Part shown: positions 1 through 15,731 of the stretch, piece by piece
How positions within the stretch are numbered: the stretch's first letter is position 1
Layout of the letters: each line of letters starts with the position of its first letter
Assembly (NCBI GenBank): GCA_046523935.1
Contig: CP159586.1
Location: 2,826,490 to 2,850,489, forward strand
Origin: Massilia sp. SR12
Lineage (GTDB): Bacteria; Pseudomonadota; Gammaproteobacteria; Burkholderiales; Burkholderiaceae_D
Direction of reading: 5' to 3'
Length of the DNA stretch: 24,000 nucleotides
The notes under the pieces: generated by a model
Databases searched by the model: none
Seen by the model: the letters and a program-made list of their open reading frames with translations, nothing else
What the model was told of the DNA's origin: nothing
Made by a program: the position numbers and the translations under genes

Positions 1-8675
<8,675 letters not shown>

Positions 8676-9455
8676 TTATGCGGAGCCGGCCAGGCCGCCG
8701 CCATCCACCACCAGCGCGTCGCCGGTGACAAAGGAGGATCGATCCGATGCGAGGAACAACACGGCCTGCGCGATTTCCGGCGGCTGGCCCACGCGCATCA
8801 GCGGACGGCCGGCGCCAGCCGCCACCAGGGCGTTCTGCTCCAGGCCAAGCTGCTGCGCTTCATTGCGCAGCATGGGCGTATCGGTATCGCCCGGGCAGAC
8901 GCAGTTGACGCGGATATTCTGCGGGCCGTGATCGACCGCCATGGCCTTGGTCATGATCACCACCGCACCCTTGGAGGCGCAGTAGGAAACGGCATCCTTG
9001 CCGCCCACCAGGCCCCAACCCGACGCGGTATTGATAATGCTGCCGCCGCCCTGCTGCTGCATCACGGGCACAGCGTATTTGCACATCAGGAAGATCGACT
9101 TGACGTTCACCGCCATCACCTGGTCCCATTCCTGCTCGGTGGTGTGAATGACGTTGGCGCGGCGGGTAATCCCGGCATTATTGAACAGCACATCGAGCCG
9201 GCCGTAGCGCGCCACTGCCGCCACCACCGCCGCCTCGCATTCCGCCGCCACTGCCACGTCGGTGCGGATGAAGGAAGCGCGCGCGCCGCTCTCGGTGAGC
9301 GCTGCCACCGCCAGTTCTCCCGCCACGCCGTCGCGGTCGGCGATCAGCACCGTGGCGCCTTCGCGCGCAAACAATTCCGCCGTGGCGCGGCCAATGCCCG
9401 ATGCGCCGCCAGTCACCAAGGCCACTTTTCCTGCGAGTTCACCCGTCTGTTGCAT
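8676..9455 (-). CDS. Short-chain dehydrogenase/reductase (classical SDR), first gene of the ebg operon
   Basis: Rossmann motif GKVALVTGGASGIGRA, NNAGI, catalytic YCASKGAV (YxxxK), PGDTDTP. I prefer the start at ATG 9455 (GGAGA 7 nt upstream), giving MQQTGELAGKVALVTGG. The in-frame ATG at 9488 (AAGGGG upstream) is an alternative. The track start at 9539 is probably too long. The stop lies 3 nt before the ebgA ATG. Confidence 0.88.
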   Translation of the reverse strand: MQQTGELAGKVALVTGGASGIGRATAELFAREGATVLIADRDGVAGELAVAALTESGARASFIRTDVAVAAECEAAVVAAVARYGRLDVLFNNAGITRRANVIHTTEQEWDQVMAVNVKSIFLMCKYAVPVMQQQGGGSIINTASGWGLVGGKDAVSYCASKGAVVIMTKAMAVDHGPQNIRVNCVCPGDTDTPMLRNEAQQLGLEQNALVAAGAGRPLMRVGQPPEIAQAVLFLASDRSSFVTGDALVVDGGGLAGSA

Positions 9456-9640
9456 GTACCGTCTCCGCTGTTTTGATTGTTGTGCCATGTTGCCCCTTTT
9501 TTCATACCCCCACAAATGAAACCTCTGCATTGCATGCATAACATTTGCTAATGCATAAAAGTGCCGCGCCGCATATTGCGCGCATCACGCCTTCACATTC
9601 GGGGAATACATTAGATTCTCCACACCACCAGGAGAGCATC

Positions 9641-9928
9641 ATGGCAATTCCCAGGCAACTGGCCTGCGTCGGCCTCGGCACCGGCGCGATACTGTTAATC
9701 CCCTTGGCGGCCATGCAGTTCACCGAAGAGGTGCGCTGGAACCTGCTGGATTTCATGGCGGCGGGCATGCTGCTGGCGGGTATCGGCGCCTGCTATGTGC
9801 TGCTCGCCAGCCGCATGCACGACAGGGCGCAGAAAGCCGTGCTGGCGGTGGTACTCGGCATCGGCCTGCTGGCGGTCTGGATGGAATTGGCCGTGGGCGT
9901 CTTCGGTACGCCTTTCGCAGGGAGCTGA
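9641..9928 (+). CDS. Small integral membrane protein (95 aa, about 3 TM helices), function unknown
   Basis: I place the start at ATG 9641, preceded by GGAGAG at 9631-9636; the track ORF 9545..9928 is longer. Three hydrophobic stretches: LACVGLGTGAILLIPLAA, FMAAGMLLAGIGACYVLLA, AVLAVVLGIGLLAVWMELAVGVF. No motif I can assign. Confidence 0.6.
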   Translation: MAIPRQLACVGLGTGAILLIPLAAMQFTEEVRWNLLDFMAAGMLLAGIGACYVLLASRMHDRAQKAVLAVVLGIGLLAVWMELAVGVFGTPFAGS

Positions 9929-9952
9929 CGACGCCGGCTTTCATATAGTTGG

Positions 9953-9982
9953 TTGCAACAGTGCGTGCATTTTCGGTAATAT
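9953..9982 (+). promoter_or_regulatory. Candidate sigma-70 promoter for the 10013 gene
   Basis: TTGCAA (9953-9958), 18-nt spacer, TAATAT (9977-9982), in a locally AT-richer gap about 30 nt upstream of ATG 10013. Confidence 0.45.
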
Positions 9983-10012
9983 CTACCGCATCGTCCATGA
10001 CAAACCGACTTT

Positions 10013-10555
10013 ATGATCAACCTTCGCCAGAATTACGCGATGATCATCGCCACGATGATCATGTATGGCGCCGCGTTGTGCATCAATGAGCTGATGTTCA
10101 AGCAGTTGGAGTTCGCCGAGGGGATCAACTGGATTTACCTGCCGGCCGGGGTGCGCTTGCTGGCTACCCTGCTCTTTGCGGAAGCCGGCGCGATCGGGCT
10201 GCTGCTGGTGTCGTGGCTGTACTGTTTCCTGTTCCTGTTTCCCGACGATCCGGTGCGCGCCTTCGCTGGCGGCATCTTGTCCAGCGCTGCACCCTACCTT
10301 GTCTATCTGGGCGCCCAGCGCTGGCTGGACCTGAAAGGCTCGCTGGCCAATCTGTCGCCGCGCCACGTGCTGGCATGCGCTGTGGCCTTTTCGCTGGCGA
10401 GCCCCCTGCTGCACCACATCTGGTTCGCCCTGTACGAAGGCCGCGAGCACCTGCTGCGCAGCTTTGCCGTGATGGCACTCGGCGACTTTATCGGCACCGT
10501 CCTTTTACTTTTCTTCACCAAGTGGGTGATGCGCCTGTCGCAGCCCGACCGCTAA
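10013..10555 (+). CDS. Integral membrane protein (180 aa, about 5 TM), function unknown; weak MASE1-like look
   Basis: Uninterrupted ORF with five or so hydrophobic helices. The segments INWIYLPAGVRLLATLLF and ALGDFIGTVLLLFF remind me of MASE1-type membrane sensor modules, but no output domain is attached. No clear SD. The start is uncertain (ATG 10013 or ATG 10040). Confidence 0.55.
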   Translation: MINLRQNYAMIIATMIMYGAALCINELMFKQLEFAEGINWIYLPAGVRLLATLLFAEAGAIGLLLVSWLYCFLFLFPDDPVRAFAGGILSSAAPYLVYLGAQRWLDLKGSLANLSPRHVLACAVAFSLASPLLHHIWFALYEGREHLLRSFAVMALGDFIGTVLLLFFTKWVMRLSQPDR

Positions 10556-11095
10556 GAGCCACGCCACCAACCCGGCCAGCACCAGCCACGCGCTGCCGGG
10601 AAGCGGCAGCGCGACAACCGCCGCCGCCACGGTAAATTGCGCGTTGTCGAACGATGCCAACTCCAGCAATCCGCCCGTCGTGGCAAAAGGCGCCAGCAGC
10701 GTAACCGAGGCGGAGGCCGGGCCGAATGCATGGGCGCCGTCGAATCCCGCCAGCCCGGCGGCGGTGAAATCAAGGAAGTCACCATTGAATTGATCGAGAA
10801 AGCCGGCCGTCCCATTGTTCTGGTTGACGAAGAAGAAGACCTGCTCCAGCGCATATACCGGCGCCTGCCCTGTCAGCACGACACTGAGTTGCTGCATGGG
10901 TGAGAGCCAGATTCCCTGGTCAACCTCTAAGGCGTCGCCGGGATCGCCCAGCGCCGAGAGGGTGATACTGGCGCCGGTAAAACCGACGCCGTCCAGCGTC
11001 CCGTTGGCGCTACCCGTCAGGGTGTAGCGCAGGGGACCGGCCGTGGCGAAGCCCGCAACGAACAAGCACAGGATGAGACAAATCAAGCGTTTCAT
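10505..11095 (-). CDS. Exported protein with PEP-CTERM / VPLPA-CTERM-like C-terminal sorting segment
   Basis: Start at ATG 11095 with a strong SD (GAAGGAGG, 5-nt spacing); the track start 11170 is an upstream extension. Signal peptide MKRLICLILCLFVAGFATA. The C-terminus ...VALPLPGSAWLVLAGLVAWLLAVGLRQAHHPLGEEK has the P-x-P motif plus a TM helix. It carries only one Arg instead of the usual basic cluster. Confidence 0.65.
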   Translation of the reverse strand: MKRLICLILCLFVAGFATAGPLRYTLTGSANGTLDGVGFTGASITLSALGDPGDALEVDQGIWLSPMQQLSVVLTGQAPVYALEQVFFFVNQNNGTAGFLDQFNGDFLDFTAAGLAGFDGAHAFGPASASVTLLAPFATTGGLLELASFDNAQFTVAAAVVALPLPGSAWLVLAGLVAWLLAVGLRQAHHPLGEEK

Positions 11096-11106
11096 GGCAG
11101 CCTCCT

Positions 11107-12048
11107 TCAATCGGAATCGTCGAGGGTGGTGCGGCGCGGCAGGCGTGACAAAGCGCAGTCCTGGCACCACCAGTCGGCCCGTCCCGACAGCACACCGGCT
11201 TCACGCTGAAGCGCGCGGCGCATGCTGCGGGCTGCATTCAAGGGATCGTTGCTGTCCTGTGCCGGCTGCAGCGCAATGCCGGCTCGCTGCCCCGGCGCGC
11301 TGCCTTTTGCCGCCTGCGTTGCGGCCACCGTCAGCATTGGCTGCAACATGGCGTGGGCGGCGCCGGTCTTCCAGCGCAGCAGGTAGTTCCGACCCTGCTG
11401 GTCGGCCATGGGCACCGATAGCTGTCTGCCGTCGCTGGACCATACGGGGCCGCCGGTAAAATCCACGCGCCCGTCCGCCGATTCAAACACCGCCCTGCCG
11501 TCAACCAGGAGCGCGGGCCGCCGCTGCGTCCTGTCGGCGAAATGCGGCCGCCCGGCGACCGTGGCGACGTGCAGGCCGCCCGGCGAGAAGGCGGCGCCAT
11601 AACCATCATCCGCCAGGGCGGACAACTGCTGCCCGCTCGCTGCATCGAAGACCAGGTATTCGGTGGAGGTCGGATTGACGCTGCCGCTGACGACCAGGCG
11701 CCCACCATCGAGCCACTGCATGGCTTCGGCAGCGCGCATTCCACCCGCCACCTCGCCCGCCGCGACCGGCTTGGCCACTTTTTGCACCAGCATTTGGCCA
11801 TGCTGATCGATGATGCTCAGCTTGCCCTCTTCCCAGTAGGCCAGGCGTTGCCCGTCTGGCGACCAGACCGGCAAGGTTTTGCTGCGCCCGTTTTGCTGGA
11901 AGCAGGTGGCGGCCGCGCCCGATTGTTGGATGCAAATCGCATCGCCCCGCACCACCGCTGTGCGCAGGGCCGGCGCCCCGGCATGGGCGGCGGCAGCAGT
12001 AGCAGCGGCGGCGATGGGCAGGATGAACAGGTTTAGCAGGGCTTTCAT
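11107..12048 (-). CDS. Exported TolB-like beta-propeller (PD40/WD40-like repeat) protein
   Basis: Signal peptide MKALLNLFILPIAAAATAAAAHA. Repeated PD40-like motifs (VWSPDGQRLAYW, AAFSPGGLHVATV, PVWSSDGRQLSV). The ATGA overlap with the upstream gene stop at 12045-12048 indicates translational coupling. The C-terminal tail contains WWCQDC. Confidence 0.7.
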   Translation of the reverse strand: MKALLNLFILPIAAAATAAAAHAGAPALRTAVVRGDAICIQQSGAAATCFQQNGRSKTLPVWSPDGQRLAYWEEGKLSIIDQHGQMLVQKVAKPVAAGEVAGGMRAAEAMQWLDGGRLVVSGSVNPTSTEYLVFDAASGQQLSALADDGYGAAFSPGGLHVATVAGRPHFADRTQRRPALLVDGRAVFESADGRVDFTGGPVWSSDGRQLSVPMADQQGRNYLLRWKTGAAHAMLQPMLTVAATQAAKGSAPGQRAGIALQPAQDSNDPLNAARSMRRALQREAGVLSGRADWWCQDCALSRLPRRTTLDDSD

Positions 12049-13181
12049 TGCATGTCCCTCCCCGGGCAGGATGCTTGCGGCGTCTGGCAGGCGCCAACGC
12101 CAAGCGGATTCGCGTAACCGGCACAGGCGGCCCTGCCCGCTCCATTGTAAAGATCCAGCCGGTAGCCACGGATCGCACCGCCCGTATCGTTGGCCAGCAA
12201 GCCGGTCCCCACGCCATCGACATCAACCAGCACGCCACGACCCGGTATGATTGCCCGGTCGCGCGCCACGGTCTGTCCGGCAACCACGGGCGTGCCGTCA
12301 GCGCCGTTGACCGACGCCACCGCAACGAACTGGCGGGTGTTGACGTTGTAGTTGATGTAGCCGCCGCCGTTCAATTGCCCCGATCCCTGCAAGCGGACAT
12401 TGGCGATGAAGGAGGCGCAATAGGTACCCTGCAGGCCACCCGGATTGACCACCGTGCCGCTATAGCGCGTGCCGTAAATAGTGGTCGCGCTACAGGCGTT
12501 CGGCTGCGTGCCGTAGTCGGATTCCAGCGCCAGCATATAGCAGGACATGCCGAAGGTCGCCACGCGGTTCAGCTTATTGCGCGCCTCGGCCCCATTCAAC
12601 TCGTAGCGCGCAATCAGCCGCGCCAGTCCGCCCGGCGTGGGCGCGCCGCCCGATGCCGGGGCCGTGAATGTAATGTCGTTCGGATTGCTGGTCGGGGTAG
12701 CGCCGTTGGCCATGGCCACAACGGCCAGGTTGCCGCCGGCGATAGCCTCCGTGCCATAGGCGAAGGTGCCGCCCGCCGGTGTGCCGGTGGCGCGCGCCGT
12801 GGTAAGCGTGGTGCGCGCCAGGGAGATGAAGGGCCCGCTCTTGCTCCAGGTATCCACCCCGCTGCTGCCGTCGTCATTGCGGTAGGTGCCGGCAGCCGTC
12901 ACGCAATTCGCGGCGAAGGTCAGCGTCTCCGAAAAACCCTGGCAATCCTGCCCGCCGTTGTAGCGCGCCCGCACCGTAAAGCCGGTCGTGCCGTTCAACG
13001 TGATGGTCAGGCTGTGGTCTGCCGAACAATACGGGAATTTGCCCGTCCCCGTCAGTGCCGACGTAATCGCGAACTGGCCGCCAAATACATCGCTCCAGGT
13101 GCCGGGCACCGTGCAGTCGGCCGCGCGTGCCGATGCGCCCGCAAAGAGCAGCAGCCATCCCCCCATGCGATGGATCTTCAT
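12045..13181 (-). CDS. Exported Cys-rich protein with C-terminal MltA-like / 3D domain (DPBB fold, lytic-transglycosylase-like)
   Basis: Start at ATG 13181 (GGGAGG 8 nt upstream), giving MKIHRMGGWLLLFAGASARA|AD as signal peptide. The C-terminal half resembles MltA plus a 3D domain: VRLQGSGQLNGGGYINYN ... VARDRAIIPGRGVLVDVDG...LANDTGGAIRGYRLDLYNGAG (the three-Asp signature). Ten Cys by my count. I do not recognise the N-terminal half (about 180 aa). Confidence 0.7.
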   Translation of the reverse strand: MKIHRMGGWLLLFAGASARAADCTVPGTWSDVFGGQFAITSALTGTGKFPYCSADHSLTITLNGTTGFTVRARYNGGQDCQGFSETLTFAANCVTAAGTYRNDDGSSGVDTWSKSGPFISLARTTLTTARATGTPAGGTFAYGTEAIAGGNLAVVAMANGATPTSNPNDITFTAPASGGAPTPGGLARLIARYELNGAEARNKLNRVATFGMSCYMLALESDYGTQPNACSATTIYGTRYSGTVVNPGGLQGTYCASFIANVRLQGSGQLNGGGYINYNVNTRQFVAVASVNGADGTPVVAGQTVARDRAIIPGRGVLVDVDGVGTGLLANDTGGAIRGYRLDLYNGAGRAACAGYANPLGVGACQTPQASCPGRDMQ

Positions 13182-13299
13182 GGCTTGTCCTCCCTTGAGT
13201 TTCATAACTCAGCATAGGAGGGCGTTGGCTTTTATTCCATTTTAAATATTGGGTAATTTTTCCTATGCCGGGATTCGGATTTCCCAGGCGAGTTCAGCG

Positions 13300-15615
13300 C
13301 TAGAACAAGGCTTGCTGCGCCGTCGTCAGCGCCGCGAAGCTCTCCTTCAAGGGCAGCAGGATCGCATCGGCAATCGGCAGCAGCTGCTTATCCAGGTAAT
13401 GCTGGTAGTCGATGGGCGAACGCTGCACCTCCAGCGGTTCCGGCCCGTTGGTGGTCATCACATAGCTGATACGGCCGCCGTTCTGGTAGCGCAGCGGCCT
13501 GCCCTGCGCCTTATTGAATTCATCGGCCAGGCGCGCGGCGCGCACCTGCGGCGGCACATTGACCTGGTATTCATCCAGGCGGTGGCGCAGGCGCTTGCGG
13601 TACACCAGCAGCGCATCGTGCTCGCCAGCCAGTGTCTTGCGCGCGTACTCGCGCACATAGTCCTGGTACGGCTCGTCCTTGAAAATGCGCGTGAACAGCT
13701 CTTGCTGGAATTGCTGCGCCAACGGCGTCCAGTCGCTGCGCGCGGTTTCCAGGCCGCGATAGATCATTTCACCATCGCTGGTCAGGCCGGCGTAGCGCTT
13801 CTTGCTACCTAGTTCCGTACCGCGAATGGTCGGCATGAAGAACTTGCGGTAGTAGGTGTCGAACTCGATTTCGAGATGGCAATCGAGCTTGTACTTCCGC
13901 CGCAGGCGCTCCCGCCACCATTTGTTAATCTTCGCGACCAGTCCGTGCGCTATGGCCAGCGCTTCCGCCGTTTCGTGCGGGCGCTTGAGCCAGATGAAGA
14001 TCGAATCGGTATCGCCGTAAATCGCCTCATAGCCCTCCTTCTCCACCAGTTCGCGCGTCAGCTTGAGCAGCTCGTGGCCGCGCAGGGTCACGGAGGAAAT
14101 CAGCTGCGGGTGGTAAAAGCGGCAGTCGGTCGAGCCCAGCACGCCGACGAAGGAATTCATCAACAGCTTGAGCGCGGTCGATAGCGCGTCGTTCTTTTCG
14201 CGCTTGGCCGCATCGCGTCCTTGCCAGAGCTGGGTGGTGATGGCGGGCAGGCAGTGGCGCGTGCGCGAGAACTGGGCGCCGCGCATGCCGGGCACGGTGT
14301 CGCCGCCATCCTCCGCCTCCGCCTCGCCTTCCACCAGGCCGACCGGGTCCACCAGGAAGGAGCGGATGATGGAGGGGTACAGGCTTTTGAAGTCCAGCAC
14401 CACCACCGAGTCGTACAGGCCGGGGCGCGAATCCATCACGAAGCCGCCCGGCGACGCCACGGCCGGCACCTCGCCCACGTTCGGCGCCACATAGCCCTCG
14501 CGGTGCATGCGCGGCAGGTACTGGTGGTTGAAGGCGGCAATCGAGCCGCCCATATGGTCCGGCACCAGCCCCGTCACGTGCGAACGCTCCAGGATGAAGT
14601 CCATCACCCGCGTCTTTTCGAAAATGCGCGTGACCAGCTCGCAGTCTTTCAGGTTGTAGGTGGCCAGGGCCGGCTTGTCTTCGCGGAAGCGGCGCTCGAT
14701 CTCGGCCATCTTGTCGTAATCGCTGCCGATCTCCTTGCCCTCGCCCAGCAAGGCTTGCGACACGTTTTCCAGGCTGAAGGAGGGGAAGCTCCAGGACGCG
14801 GCGCGCAGCGCTTCAATGCCGTCGATGGCGATGCGGCCGGGAATGGTGGCGAACACATAGCCGTCGCGCGCCTGGTGCGTGCGCCATTCGACCGGGCGGC
14901 CCTCGCGCCCCAAGAGCAGCGGAACCTTGCACTTTTCCGCATTCCTTTGCAGCGTGTGCAGGTCGAACTGCACCACGCTCCAGCCGATGATCGCGTCCGG
15001 GTCGTGCCGGCGAAACCACTCGTTCAACTTTTCAACGGCGCGGCGCGGCGTGGCGCAGTACTCCAGGTCGAAGTCCAACTGCGGTGCAACGTCCGGCGTT
15101 TCGCCCACCATGTAGACCTGGCGCTGGCCGCAGCCTTCCAGCGCAATCGAATACAGCTCGCCGAACGCGCTGGTTTCGATATCCAGCGACACCATGCGCA
15201 AGCGCGGGCGGTACTCCGGCGCGGGGCGCAACTTGCCGCCCTCCTCTTCCACCCCGGCGGTGATGAAGCGCTCCATCAGGTAGCGCTCCGGCGGCTTGAT
15301 ATCGGCCTCGTACAGGCGGATGCCACGCTCGCCCAGCTTGCGTTCCAGCGCCAGCAACTGCTTGTAATGGCTGGCATAGATGCCCACCACCGGCGCGCGC
15401 TGGAAGGTTTTCAGCCCCACCTCGCGCAGGTCGATGCCAGGCATACCGGCCACCAGGGTGGCGATGGTGTCACGCAGGGAGGCATCGGCGAACGCCACCG
15501 AGGCCTGCTCAGTCAGCAGGACCTTGCGCGGGCCGTCGTCGGTGGCGAGCCAGAACTCGATTTCGGTGCCGTCGCGGGTGTCGCGCCAGGCGCGGGTGAG
15601 GATAAATCCGGGCAT
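13300..15615 (-). CDS. polB: DNA polymerase II (family B)
   Basis: 771 aa, colinear with E. coli Pol II from the N-terminus (GFILTRAWRDT..GTEIEFWLATDDGP; YEADIKPPERYLMERFIT). Exo motifs present (VSLDIETS). Polymerase motifs present: DFKSLYPSII, KLLMNSFVGVLG and the YGDTDS catalytic motif (AIYGDTDSIFIW). Confidence 0.95.
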   Translation of the reverse strand: MPGFILTRAWRDTRDGTEIEFWLATDDGPRKVLLTEQASVAFADASLRDTIATLVAGMPGIDLREVGLKTFQRAPVVGIYASHYKQLLALERKLGERGIRLYEADIKPPERYLMERFITAGVEEEGGKLRPAPEYRPRLRMVSLDIETSAFGELYSIALEGCGQRQVYMVGETPDVAPQLDFDLEYCATPRRAVEKLNEWFRRHDPDAIIGWSVVQFDLHTLQRNAEKCKVPLLLGREGRPVEWRTHQARDGYVFATIPGRIAIDGIEALRAASWSFPSFSLENVSQALLGEGKEIGSDYDKMAEIERRFREDKPALATYNLKDCELVTRIFEKTRVMDFILERSHVTGLVPDHMGGSIAAFNHQYLPRMHREGYVAPNVGEVPAVASPGGFVMDSRPGLYDSVVVLDFKSLYPSIIRSFLVDPVGLVEGEAEAEDGGDTVPGMRGAQFSRTRHCLPAITTQLWQGRDAAKREKNDALSTALKLLMNSFVGVLGSTDCRFYHPQLISSVTLRGHELLKLTRELVEKEGYEAIYGDTDSIFIWLKRPHETAEALAIAHGLVAKINKWWRERLRRKYKLDCHLEIEFDTYYRKFFMPTIRGTELGSKKRYAGLTSDGEMIYRGLETARSDWTPLAQQFQQELFTRIFKDEPYQDYVREYARKTLAGEHDALLVYRKRLRHRLDEYQVNVPPQVRAARLADEFNKAQGRPLRYQNGGRISYVMTTNGPEPLEVQRSPIDYQHYLDKQLLPIADAILLPLKESFAALTTAQQALF

Positions 15616-15623
15616 AAGGTGAA

Positions 15624-15629
15624 ATTATA
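15624..15629 (-). promoter_or_regulatory. Candidate -10 hexamer (TATAAT) of polB
   Basis: Plus-strand ATTATA is TATAAT on the minus strand. Only 8 nt (TTCACCTT) separate it from the polB ATG, and there is no SD. The -35 is poor. Confidence 0.45.
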
Positions 15630-15647
15630 CTGTATGAACACACAGTA
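15628..15647. promoter_or_regulatory. LexA (SOS) box upstream of polB
   Basis: TACTGTATGAACACACAGTA matches CTGT-N8-ACAG exactly, including the flanking TA..TA of the gamma/beta-proteobacterial consensus. It lies 13-32 nt upstream of the polB ATG and overlaps the minus-strand TATAAT at 15624-15629. Confidence 0.85.
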
Positions 15648-15650
15648 AAC

Positions 15651-15679
15651 TTGCACTAGTGTATAAGATTTGCTAAAAT
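15651..15679 (+). promoter_or_regulatory. Strong candidate sigma-70 promoter of the OMP gene
   Basis: TTGCAC (15651-15656), 17-nt spacer, TAAAAT (15674-15679), about 52 nt upstream of ATG 15732. The RBS AAGGAAA lies 5-6 nt before the ATG. Confidence 0.65.
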
Positions 15680-15731
15680 CCAATGTTGCCCAACAACAAT
15701 CCCGGGCAACGCAACAAGAAAAGGAAATAGC

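Noticed and set aside
12048-13217. 389-aa + strand ORF; also 11606..12325 - and 11331..11801 -
   Set aside because: These are antisense or out-of-frame shadows of the 3D-domain and TolB-like genes. They have no signal peptide, RBS or motif, and they are Arg-rich.
13206-13299. AT-rich gap between polB and the 3D-domain gene, searched for a polB terminator and an operon promoter
   Set aside because: I found only an imperfect hairpin (CCTGGGA...TCCCGG) without a U-tract, and a TAAAAT hexamer with a poor -35 (GCATAG). A promoter for the exported-protein operon probably lies here, but I cannot define it well enough to call it as a feature.
14221-15648. 475-aa + strand ORF opposite polB; likewise 16346..17623 +, 20821..22245 +, 22002..23117 +, 15513..16178 -
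   Set aside because: Each is antisense to a gene with strong family-level evidence (polB, S41 peptidase, M20, puuD, OMP). None shows a recognisable motif.
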